Assembly (NCBI GenBank): GCA_003707115.1
Contig: PPNB01000018.1
Coordinates: 1 to 64,000, forward strand
Origin: Tortispora ganteri
Lineage: Eukaryota
Length of the DNA stretch: 64,000 bases
Direction: 5' to 3'
Both the position numbers and the translations under genes were made by a program. Within the stretch, counting starts at the first letter, position 1. Every line of letters starts with the position of its first letter. Below the pieces are notes generated by a model. The model saw only the letters and a program-made list of their open reading frames with translations. It was not told the DNA's origin and did no database searches. Positions 10,612-20,142 of the stretch are shown piece by piece.

Positions 10612-11844
10612 TCACAGCAAGAGGTAGGCACATGCAGCGATCGCCGAGCAAAGTCTGAAAGTGTCGATGACTATACGATTCGATGCAGATGTTTGCGAAG
10701 CAGTAGGAGCGTCAGAACTGCTGGATTGAGAGGCAGTAGTTCCGGTAGTGCTGCGTGCAAGAATGGAACTGCTTGCAGCCTTCGTGGTGGTACTTGTCGT
10801 CCAGCTGCTGGAGTTCAGTGTAGGCGAGCTATAAACTGACGAGCTGTTGACAGAACTGGAGTAGTTGGTAGAGATGGAAGATGAGCTGGGGGCAACTGTT
10901 GAGGAAGAGTATTCCGTGCTGGAAGATTCTGTAGTAATAGCTGGAGAGCTGGAGGTCGCAACAGAGCTAGCTGAGGCAATAGGATTAGCGGCAGTAGAAA
11001 CTTCGCCGGATGCACCGTATCGGCCGTAGACAGTTCCGTCAACGGCGCTGAAGGAAGAGCCAAGAGGGGAAACATAGTGGTACTCTGTGCCGCTGCTGTA
11101 GTCTGTAGCAGAGACGGACTTGATGTAGAAGTCAAAAGGCGCGTTTGAGAAATCAGCAAGACCACCAGCCCATTCAATAGTGCCAGGAGCGCTAGCAGGT
11201 GATCCGCCAACCCAGGAACCGATGCGAAGCTGACAAGGAGACGTGGGGAACCCTTGACCGTTATTGGAAGGTAATGTGCGAACAACAACGCCATCAAGCG
11301 ACCAGCTGATTGTATCCTTAGTCCATTCTATACCGTAGGTGTGGAACGAAGTAGTAACACCGGCAGCAGGGTGGTAGGCGCCGCGATCGTAAGTGGCAGT
11401 GTTGCCCTTAGAGAACCAGTTTGACTGGAACTGATTGGGGTCGCCGCCTACAAACTCAATATCGATTTCGTCCTTGTCATCTGACATGAGCACGACCGAA
11501 GAGACAATTCCGGTACCAGGAGCAGCTTTGAGGGTCACTTCAACTTTTCCGTAAAGGATATACCAAGGGGCGAAGAAAGTTGGAGCTTGACCATCTTGAT
11601 TGATGCGGAGATCGGCTCCGTTTTCGGTGCCAAAAGTTATGAGGTTCTCTGAGCCAACAGCAACTAGGAAGTCACCCTGCCCAGATTGGAAGTCCTCGTA
11701 AATGGACGTGCCCAAAGCGGGGTTGATACCGCTGCAGGAACTGTCTGTAAGGGGGTCGCAGGCACCCATGGTAGCGGTTTCGACATCGGCGACAGCTAGT
11801 GTGGCTGCAGCTAATGTAATGAGAAGCGAACGAAGTTTGATCAT
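10612..11844 (-). CDS. CRH1: GH16 chitin-glucan transglycosylase, Crh family, GPI-type
   Basis: Signal peptide from ATG 11844, CDPL..C motif, catalytic DEIDIE, WAGG, Ser/Thr tail and hydrophobic C-terminus. Confidence 0.9.
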   Translation of the reverse strand: MIKLRSLLITLAAATLAVADVETATMGACDPLTDSSCSGINPALGTSIYEDFQSGQGDFLVAVGSENLITFGTENGADLRINQDGQAPTFFAPWYILYGKVEVTLKAAPGTGIVSSVVLMSDDKDEIDIEFVGGDPNQFQSNWFSKGNTATYDRGAYHPAAGVTTSFHTYGIEWTKDTISWSLDGVVVRTLPSNNGQGFPTSPCQLRIGSWVGGSPASAPGTIEWAGGLADFSNAPFDFYIKSVSATDYSSGTEYHYVSPLGSSFSAVDGTVYGRYGASGEVSTAANPIASASSVATSSSPAITTESSSTEYSSSTVAPSSSSISTNYSSSVNSSSVYSSPTLNSSSWTTSTTTKAASSSILARSTTGTTASQSSSSDAPTASQTSASNRIVIDTFRLCSAIAACAYLLL

Positions 11845-12444
11845 TATATAGTCTAGGTATGTTAAATAGCAAAAGATGTGCTTGTTGCAGTACAGATATA
11901 AAAAAGAAAAGAAGGTGCGCGAAAATGTAGCCAATTTATATTACTGTTGAATAATATTACACGCTTCGAAGGGGAGGAACCAGGTCGGTTTCCTATTTGG
12001 GACATGACACACGCTACTATTGGTTGGGATAAAATAGAAACAAGGGATAAGCCTCTTTGTCAAGGCTTAGAGTCAAACCTTATTAGTTCAGCGCGAATCC
12101 TTTTGACATACGGGGAAACAGCTAAGTATAGGCCGATGGATAATTCAAACCAGGCTCTATTACTCTATTCGGTAAAGAATGAGGCATTAACAAATATTTT
12201 GAATTAAAATGTGTAACAGGGATCATATCTGTGTGCGTAATGGGGACCATGCAGATCGATGTTTGGTAATATGCCTGGTCTGACTGCGTTCTGCCGCACA
12301 GACCATAGAGACCGCCAGAAAGAGCAGACCCCCTGTAGTGCGTATATACAATGTGACGACCATGCGAAAGTGATCAATCATAGCGTAGGCTGTTACGTGC
12401 ATGCTTATTGCAAACATTACACGCTAGTGGCTGCAGTGAATTAG

Positions 12445-12873
12445 TCAACGTCGCGGTTTCACGTTCGCAGTCGTGTAGTCATCGGTGGCACTCTGGACGG
12501 ACTTGAGCGGTTTTGGGCCTACTACGCCCGGTTCAGGGTCGGTCTTGAGCGGAATAGAGCGCCAACGTTCTTCGGCTTTTTTAATTTTTACCTGCAAGTC
12601 TTGTAATCGTTTCTTGTCCTGCAGAAGCTCGTCTATCGTTGGCGGATCCTTGCGAACTTGCCGGAGCCATTCGCTCCATTGAACAGGGACCCTAACATCT
12701 GCTAGATGCAGGGTCTTGTCTCTGCATTCGAGTATCCGCCGCATTCTACCTGCATTGTTCGGATCTTTGAACTCCCAGTACTTGTTCCCTTCTAAGTCAT
12801 AACCTTTCAGTATTCGCTTGCGCCACGGGAAGGGCATCGATTTGAATTTCACATACCAATCTCGCAATCCCAT
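12445..12873 (-). CDS. NDUFAF2: Complex I assembly factor, NDUFA12 paralog (NDUFAF2/N7BML)
   Basis: PFPWRKR..GYDLEGNKYWEF...VPVQWSEWLRQVRKDPPTIDEL matches the fungal NDUFA12-like assembly factor. Confidence 0.8.
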   Translation of the reverse strand: MGLRDWYVKFKSMPFPWRKRILKGYDLEGNKYWEFKDPNNAGRMRRILECRDKTLHLADVRVPVQWSEWLRQVRKDPPTIDELLQDKKRLQDLQVKIKKAEERWRSIPLKTDPEPGVVGPKPLKSVQSATDDYTTANVKPRR

Positions 12874-13065
12874 TTTCTTGTTATTATTGAGTTAACAATT
12901 TCGTTCTTACTTTTGTTTTGCAAAATAAAAAGAAAACAATTCCGTTGTTTCAGACCCTTTGCTTCCGGTCTTGTAAGGTGAAAAAAAGTCAAGCACCGGC
13001 TAGACCCTCCCTCTCCCTCCTTCTTGCTTACTTCTTTCTCCCATTAACAAACAACCCTTCCTGCC

Positions 13066-14340
13066 ATGACTCCTCCACCAAACGTTCTCGCATGGCTTTC
13101 CTCAGTTCTCGTCACATACCCTGAACCACAATTCGTCTATGCACATGCCGTACAGACGCTAGATTCTTTTCCTACACTTCGTCCCCGCACACAGGTCTAC
13201 ACCTATGAGGACGGAACCTCACACCTCTTGCTCAACTTCCACGGCACTCTTCCCACGCCAATCGCAGGAGTCACTTATCAGATCCCTATAGAAATATGGT
13301 TTCCATTATCTTATCCACACCAGGCACCTTTTATCTACGTCGTCCCTACACAAACAATGGCCATCGCACCGAGCAACCATGTTGATCCAAGCGGCAGACT
13401 CTATCACCCGATGCTGGCCAACTGGTCCTCTTCACACAGTGTGACAGATTTCTTGCAACTCGCGACGCATATCTTCGCCCGTGACCCGCCTGTGTATGCG
13501 CGTCCACAAATTTCCGCTCCACAATCTCCACTCCATTCCCCTCATTCGCCTGCACGATCGTTCGCTTCGCCAACAGAATCTCCCTCTTTCTCGCCGACCC
13601 CTTCGAACGCGCCAAAGCTTCCGCCCAAAACACCAGCAGTTATTCCCCCACAGTTTCAGTCCAGTTCGCTCTCACCGTCCGCAATACATACACCCCCGGT
13701 GCCACCACACCCACCGATCTCGCACCATCATTCGGGCGAGACTACTGTGCCTACTGCCGCGCAGTTGCCCGATCTGCTTGATAAGGACGTTGCAGAGCCT
13801 TGTGAGATCCCTGCAGGTACACAAGTAGGTACAGACCCAGAAAAGGTCGCCGCTCTAGAACATTTGTCTTCACTGCTACAGACAGAGGCTCTATCGCGAG
13901 TCAACTCTACCTCTAAGTTGCGTTACGACCACGCTAGTCAAACGCTGCACTACGTTGAATACCTTGAAAAACAGACTACATCTCAGGAGAAGGTGCTGTC
14001 GCAAATGTTGAGTCAGGCAGAATCGAACATAGCTATCCTAGCAGACCGCACAGCCCAAGCGAAATCTGTAACCGAGGCAGCGAATGCGAAAGCTGCGCAA
14101 CTTGAATCACTCTCTGTTGACGACTTGATTTCTGCCGACAGTATACCATTTGATCAGTTATACAGAACTATTTCAGACGATAAGGCGATATCTGATTTAA
14201 TATATGTTCTTCAGAAAGCGCTAGATAACGGGAAGCTTTCCTCTGATCTCTTCTTCAAACATGTACGCATACTCGGTCGCCAACAGTTCCTTCAGAGAGC
14301 TTTGATTTTGAAAATAGCGAATGCTACAGGACTCAGTTGA
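13066..14340 (+). CDS. STP22: ESCRT-I subunit Vps23/TSG101
   Basis: UEV domain (YQIPIEIWFPLSYPHQAP, HVDPSGRLYHP), Pro-rich linker, coiled coil, steadiness box (KHVRILGRQQF). Confidence 0.95.
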   Translation: MTPPPNVLAWLSSVLVTYPEPQFVYAHAVQTLDSFPTLRPRTQVYTYEDGTSHLLLNFHGTLPTPIAGVTYQIPIEIWFPLSYPHQAPFIYVVPTQTMAIAPSNHVDPSGRLYHPMLANWSSSHSVTDFLQLATHIFARDPPVYARPQISAPQSPLHSPHSPARSFASPTESPSFSPTPSNAPKLPPKTPAVIPPQFQSSSLSPSAIHTPPVPPHPPISHHHSGETTVPTAAQLPDLLDKDVAEPCEIPAGTQVGTDPEKVAALEHLSSLLQTEALSRVNSTSKLRYDHASQTLHYVEYLEKQTTSQEKVLSQMLSQAESNIAILADRTAQAKSVTEAANAKAAQLESLSVDDLISADSIPFDQLYRTISDDKAISDLIYVLQKALDNGKLSSDLFFKHVRILGRQQFLQRALILKIANATGLS

Positions 14341-14552
14341 AATCTTATTTCTATTTTTATTTTAACGACTTTTTATTCACTCATTACTCTGGGACTTATT
14401 GGTTTGGCTCTAGAGCCTTTCGCCGGATCAGCGGTTTGTTCTGATTCGTTGGCATTGAACCCTAACATCGAAGGTACTTCATTCGCAATGTTGCATACTC
14501 ACAAGCCACAGAAGCTTTTCTTTAGCACTAGCACATTTACTGCAACACTACG

Positions 14553-14572
14553 ACACACACACACACACACAC
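14553..14572 (+). repeat. (AC)10 microsatellite
   Basis: Perfect dinucleotide run about 80 bp upstream of ORF 14655. Confidence 0.9.
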
Positions 14573-14654
14573 GCATCGATTCCTTGTAAAAAGTATATAG
14601 CCTAAAAGGGAGAGACGTTGTGATTATATAGTCTTCATACTATCGTTTACAACC

Positions 14655-15446
14655 ATGAAAATTTTGATCTGTGGCTGCGTACTTGCGGCGATGGCGTATT
14701 GCCTCTCCATCTCGTCTCCCGACGCTATAGCTGATCTTGCAGCTTCCGCCAGCACAGAACAGTGGCTCGCTGAAAAACTGTTTCCGAAAGTTCAGATAAT
14801 CGAGCGCGATGAATCTAATGATACCTTTTCAAGTGCCTCGTCGGACCTGGCTTCGGATACCTCCTCGTCAAACTCCACAGTTGGATCATCCACATTGCCG
14901 TCTGAAAGCAACATGTCTAGTCCTATATCTAGTTCCGGTTCCGGTATCGGACTTAGTTCCACCAGTTCATTGTATTTACCTGAATCAACTGCGTCGATGT
15001 CGACTGTGTCGTCACCTTCGTCGTTGTCCTCCTCTCCCTCCCTTAGCTATTCATCATCTTCTTCCACTTCATTGTCGCCCAGCCCGTCATCCTCTGCAAT
15101 AGCAGTGTCCTCGGTGTCTTCATCAGAAACTAGTATTATGCCCACAGCTGCGACTACTACTCTCACTACTCTCACGACTCCGACCAGTTCTGTGAAGGCG
15201 CAGGTCACTACTAGGGCTGTGACAGTTGTTAATATAGTCTCGCAAACTGAAGGAGGCGGCAAGCTCAGAACAATATTCTCAGTTGTTGTACAGACAGTGA
15301 CTCCGGACTCCTTGCAGTCTACCGATACTGTCTCGACATCTGCTCAGCTGCAAACAAGGATTGTGTCCTCGTCTTCGAGCACTGTCCGTTCGGATCTCTT
15401 GCTAATATGTACAGTCCTTCTAGGACTTGTAATTTTTATTAGCTGA
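14655..15446 (+). CDS. Ser/Thr-rich secreted, probably GPI-anchored surface protein
   Basis: N-terminal hydrophobic signal, very Ser/Thr-rich body, hydrophobic C-terminus. No catalytic domain recognised. Confidence 0.75.
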   Translation: MKILICGCVLAAMAYCLSISSPDAIADLAASASTEQWLAEKLFPKVQIIERDESNDTFSSASSDLASDTSSSNSTVGSSTLPSESNMSSPISSSGSGIGLSSTSSLYLPESTASMSTVSSPSSLSSSPSLSYSSSSSTSLSPSPSSSAIAVSSVSSSETSIMPTAATTTLTTLTTPTSSVKAQVTTRAVTVVNIVSQTEGGGKLRTIFSVVVQTVTPDSLQSTDTVSTSAQLQTRIVSSSSSTVRSDLLLICTVLLGLVIFIS

Positions 15447-15598
15447 TATTCGTTCGCTCTCTACTCTTATGGTTCTTTGTTAATCTTTTATACTTTTCCT
15501 CATCCAGTAAGCTCTCATTGCTTAACCATCTAGAAGGGATATTCCTTCATAATCTCAATTTGTCATTGAATACGATATTTTTTAACGGTCTTTCATCA

Positions 15599-16783
15599 TC
15601 AGTGGCCTTCACTCGGTTTGCCTGCATCCAGCAGACGCGCACCCGGGTTGCGACGTGTCGATCTGCTGTGCATAGCGTTTGATATTAAACTCAGTAGCAT
15701 AAGAATTCCTCCCATTATAGAGATAGTGTGCACTACAAAACGGTAGAAAGGTATGCGGTAGTGCTCAAACGATATTCCGATGCCTTCGAAGTTGTATTGA
15801 AGCATGATACCTGGGAGCTCTTTAGAAACGTGAGCCTGGCGGAACACAGACGCCTTCGAAACGCCGTGATAGTAGCGCACAGCGTACTGAAACGTGTATA
15901 TATCGGAGTAAAAATGTGAATACTTTGTAGGGACAAGCGATATGAAGTAGTGGCTCTGGTGCATGTTAGGGTCTGTGCTTTGCGGGTCGGAAGCCACAAT
16001 GACTGCACTGCCGTCAAGAGGGTCTAGCGCGTCCGAATAAAATTCGCCAAATGACAGTTCGGTGATGACGTGAGAAAAATTGAGAAGTTTGTAGTCTGGC
16101 TGGTAGAAGAACTGTCCTTGGGGCACTCGGTAGTTAATATACAGAGCGCCGGTGACTTTAGGTGTTTCGAGTGTACCATATATGCGGCAGGAAGGGTTAT
16201 TTGGATCTGAAGGCGGTTTTGTTTTCAAATAGGCGTCGCTGCGCTTGAATCCTAGAGCGTCGTGGCCCGAACGACGTTTCCGCGGCAATGTGTCGAGGTC
16301 GAAATTAGCAGGTTCCATTTTGAGGACCTCTCTTGCCACCAGACGATCATTTGTGGCGTCTGCAACCAATATTTCCAGGTTATCACAGGGCATAGCGACT
16401 ATTATGTCTATATTCATCTGGACTGATCGGCTGATACCGGAGTGTTGAAGCAGTTTCTGGTGCGAGTCTATAGTGTGCGCTGCCCGGGGGTCTATCTGCT
16501 GCATACGCAGAGACTTAGCGCGCGACTGGCCAAGATCGCCAAACGGTGTATCTATCCAGAAAGATTGCTCGACATCACCCGCTGTGTAGGTGATTACACC
16601 GTGTAGAACGATCATTAGACAGAGCACTACTGCCACGAGTGTCATGACCCCGCCGGATTTCGAAAGCACCGTGTATGTAGAAGAAACCTTTGCTGTTCTT
16701 TGTTAGTAATGCTACTGTGAAATGCAATCTAAATACGTACGGAAGGCATCAAAAGAGCGTGCACTCTGTTTGAAAGAGTCCAT
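15599..16783 (-). CDS. ERV41: COPII vesicle protein Erv41 (2 exons)
   Basis: Exon 1 16783-16741, intron 16740-16693 (GTACGT..TACTAAC..CAG), exon 2 16692-15599. Splicing restores RSFDAFPK. Also AMPCD, CRIYG, NFSHVITELSFG. Confidence 0.88.
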
Positions 16784-16880
16784 GAGTGAACTTGCGATTC
16801 CAGGGGTGGTGGTGGAGTTGGTGTAGAGGTTGTGCTGGATGGGGTAACACCTGGGAGCAACAGGTGCTGCATGCGGCTTT

Positions 16881-18065
16881 TTAGTCGAGCGACCGGATAC
16901 AGGTCCTGATCCATCGTCTCCGTCGCCAGTTTCCTCGGCATTTACTTACGGAGTCGTAATCGTAGACCCATTTTTCGTTTGAATCGACTTCGACGTTCTG
17001 GACGCAACGATTGCTAACCCATGCGTCCGCGTACAGGTCGAGTACCCATGCAGACCCCGGAGCGAATTTCCAGCCTTTAGGTGGCGCGACATCATCGAGG
17101 AATCGGGTTCCAGGTGGTCGCTGGTTAGCAGACCTTGCGGCACTGAACTTCTCATACGGTGTCGGACTGAATACCCACGAGTTCCATTCTTTGACTGTGT
17201 GGCCTTTGCGTTGAAGCTCGAAGATCTCGACTTGGCACTTTTGTGGGTTCTCGTCGATGATTATGTGATTGAGCTGGTATGCATGGAACTTTTCATAGAG
17301 AGACTTGCGCTGAGTTTCAGGGATAATTCCGGGAGTCTGTTTCAACACGTATGTGCGGAATTGCTGGTTACCCATAAGAAAGAACAGCCACGTGGAAGCG
17401 ACTAAAACTAACTGCCAATGTATGAGCGGTGACACAAGAAACAAAAGACACGACGAAATCATAATGGTAAGAAATAAAGCGGAGGAAAGGTGTTCGTCGT
17501 AAAAGGAGAGTGGATTGATGAACGATGTGACGCAGCGATCGTACATTGTCGCAAACAGGTCCATAGCGTTCTGGAGGTCGCGCATGTTTATCAAAAAGTC
17601 CATTGAAAGCTCACTGACTGGACGAAAAGAGGGCGCATTAGCCAATGGTGGGCCTTCACTAGGAATAGGAAGTTGTGGTAATTGTGATGGTGGGGGCGGG
17701 TGTCTAGTGATGAAGGCGGGGACCATAATAGTGCTGATCACGATAAGTCCTGGAAACAAAGTGAGCAGTCGCGGATGTAGAACAACAAGTGAATATAAAG
17801 TCAATGTAGCGATAGTTTCGATAGGTTTCTTCCATGAGAAGAGCTCGACAAGATAGTTCTGGATCGTGAATACAATGCCCACACGGGAACTGAACTTGCG
17901 GAAATTCTTTGCCATTAACGATACAGAGAAGGGTGGTGGCTCATCAGGCGAGTTTTGCTGTGTAGTTGAAGGGTCCTTCAATACATCATTAACTGCAAAG
18001 ATCTTATCGAATACGAGATCAGACATCTGTTTATTTATTACATCTTTTGCAGCGTCCAGGGCCAT
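16881..18065 (-). CDS. PEX29: Peroxin of the Pex24/Pex28/Pex29 family (reticulon-like + DysF)
   Basis: PFSVSLMAKNFRKFSSRVG, FLINMRDLQNAM, VEIFELQR, WRRRRWIR. Confidence 0.82.
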   Translation of the reverse strand: MALDAAKDVINKQMSDLVFDKIFAVNDVLKDPSTTQQNSPDEPPPFSVSLMAKNFRKFSSRVGIVFTIQNYLVELFSWKKPIETIATLTLYSLVVLHPRLLTLFPGLIVISTIMVPAFITRHPPPPSQLPQLPIPSEGPPLANAPSFRPVSELSMDFLINMRDLQNAMDLFATMYDRCVTSFINPLSFYDEHLSSALFLTIMISSCLLFLVSPLIHWQLVLVASTWLFFLMGNQQFRTYVLKQTPGIIPETQRKSLYEKFHAYQLNHIIIDENPQKCQVEIFELQRKGHTVKEWNSWVFSPTPYEKFSAARSANQRPPGTRFLDDVAPPKGWKFAPGSAWVLDLYADAWVSNRCVQNVEVDSNEKWVYDYDSVSKCRGNWRRRRWIRTCIRSLD

Positions 18066-18563
18066 GGCGTAGTAGGTGGGATGTAGTCAAAAGGGGGTGG
18101 GAAGGGTTGGGAGAAAGAACATGGGGAATAAGTGAATTTGTGATCTGCGTTGTGGAATGATATATATTTTCAATTTACAATTGTTAATGTTATTGAATAA
18201 TATTGAAAAGGGTCAAATATTAGTAGATAAAGCAATTGATAACTTGAATTTTTTTTCAGGAGTGTGATTATTGGTGTGAAAAACAAAAATGGATTAGGTG
18301 ATGATAGAGGAAAATATGAAATAAGGAGAAACTCTAATCCGTGAAAGCTCACGTTACCCCGCAAACACCGTGTCATATAAAAATAGAAGGCGAAAATTCA
18401 GGTTTACTTACAGACACTAGCTTTCATCTATATTCCTGTCATCCGAAGAAAAGAAAAATCCAGAAATTGCGCCATTTTCCTTGTGGGTTAATTAAATTGA
18501 AAATAAGGCAAGCAAACATAGTGAAAGCCGGTGGTTGCTTGTTGGTATAGCCGATTATTTTAA

Positions 18564-19646
18564 ATGACAATGCCGACGTTTTTTTCGAATAAAGATTCGT
18601 TCGGCCTCATAAAGAGAATCCGTTCACGATCTGGCTCTGAAGTATCTATTTCTAAAGAACCAAAACTTGTATACCCTATAAAATCTATGCCGGAAGCAAT
18701 TCATGAGAATTGTTCTGAGATTGCAGTATCGGTATCGGATTCTTCTTCTTCGTCAGCGCCTTATGAGTGTCCGGACACAGAACAGCTCACATATGAGGTC
18801 GGTGTAGCTGATGATCAGAATAAACGTTATCGTAAGTCTATGGAAGACCGTCACGTTATTGTGCGCGATTTTGCAGGTAATGACAACCCGTATTTTGGTC
18901 TGTTCGATGGCCATGCAGGAGTCGACACTGCTGCATGGTGCCAGAAATCGCTTCATATTCTCCTCCATGATAATATCACTAACGCACCAAATACACCTCC
19001 TAGGGCAGTAATTGAAAATACCTGCCTAGAAGCTGACACAATTGTTTCGCGCAAGAATCCTATATCAGGTACAACAGCTATAATTGCTTTACTGCGATGG
19101 GAGTCAAGGGACCAACAAACTTGCCGTCCAAGTTTCTACCACGACCCGAATTCAAACAGCAATTGTTGTCCAACAGATAAAGTGCGAACGCTGGTCGTTG
19201 CAAATGTGGGTGACGCTCGATGCGTCCTCTCGCGTCAAAAGAAATCACTTAGACTTACTTATGATCACAAACCGTGCGACACCGCAGAGTACCGGCGCAT
19301 TGTCAATTCCGGCGGCAAAGTTACTGACGGACGAGTATCGGGGTTGCTTGGCGTGACACGCGCAATTGGCGATGCACAACTGGGCAACCTTGTGCCAGCA
19401 TTGCCATTTGTTTCTGATATTTGTCTCACAGACCAAGACGAGTTCCTTATTATGGCCTGCGATGGGCTCTGGGATGTCATGTGCGACCAATATGCCGTTG
19501 ATTACGTCCAAAAATCGCTACATAAGTTCAATGGATCGCCTAAAAAAGCTGCACAGTCATTAGTAAAGCATGCATTGAGTCTCGGCAGTACAGACAATAT
19601 ATCAGTCATGATCGTCAAGTTCACACACGCCTCAAAGATGAAATGA
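18564..19646 (+). CDS. PTC1: Type 2C protein phosphatase, Ptc1-like
   Basis: MED, FDGHAG, ANVGDAR, RLTYDHK, LACDGLWDV-like MACDGLWDV, GSTDN. Confidence 0.8.
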   Translation: MTMPTFFSNKDSFGLIKRIRSRSGSEVSISKEPKLVYPIKSMPEAIHENCSEIAVSVSDSSSSSAPYECPDTEQLTYEVGVADDQNKRYRKSMEDRHVIVRDFAGNDNPYFGLFDGHAGVDTAAWCQKSLHILLHDNITNAPNTPPRAVIENTCLEADTIVSRKNPISGTTAIIALLRWESRDQQTCRPSFYHDPNSNSNCCPTDKVRTLVVANVGDARCVLSRQKKSLRLTYDHKPCDTAEYRRIVNSGGKVTDGRVSGLLGVTRAIGDAQLGNLVPALPFVSDICLTDQDEFLIMACDGLWDVMCDQYAVDYVQKSLHKFNGSPKKAAQSLVKHALSLGSTDNISVMIVKFTHASKMK

Positions 19647-20142
19647 ACTTGCTACTCATACACATCCGCACACTAATCACCTACATGCCTCGATAATACT
19701 TCAGACAGATCACTAATAACACATTTATAGCCATACATACCCGCTATTATATACATCGCATACATCGTTAATACATTGCTAATATATATTTCGTCAATCC
19801 TCCCCTAGTCAACCCTTAAACAGAAGTTAAAGCTAAAATAATGGTTTACCCTAACCCTAAACCTTTTTTCCTACCCCTAATTAAAGCTCATTTTCTTGCT
19901 CACGTTGTACCTGCACCTTCCCGCCAGCCGTCGCTTTCTCGCCTTTTCCAACGCCTCTTACTACACTTTCTGCAACGGCCATTGATCTCTATTTTTATTT
20001 TTTGTGTTCGCTTATTACACGCACATACACTATTTCCATTACCTCTTCCATTCTTCTCTCACGCTTGCGCTGTGCGCTCCTCCTTTGTTTACTACCATTT
20101 TGACTCAAGCATCACTTTAAGCATACATATCATAGTTACAAA

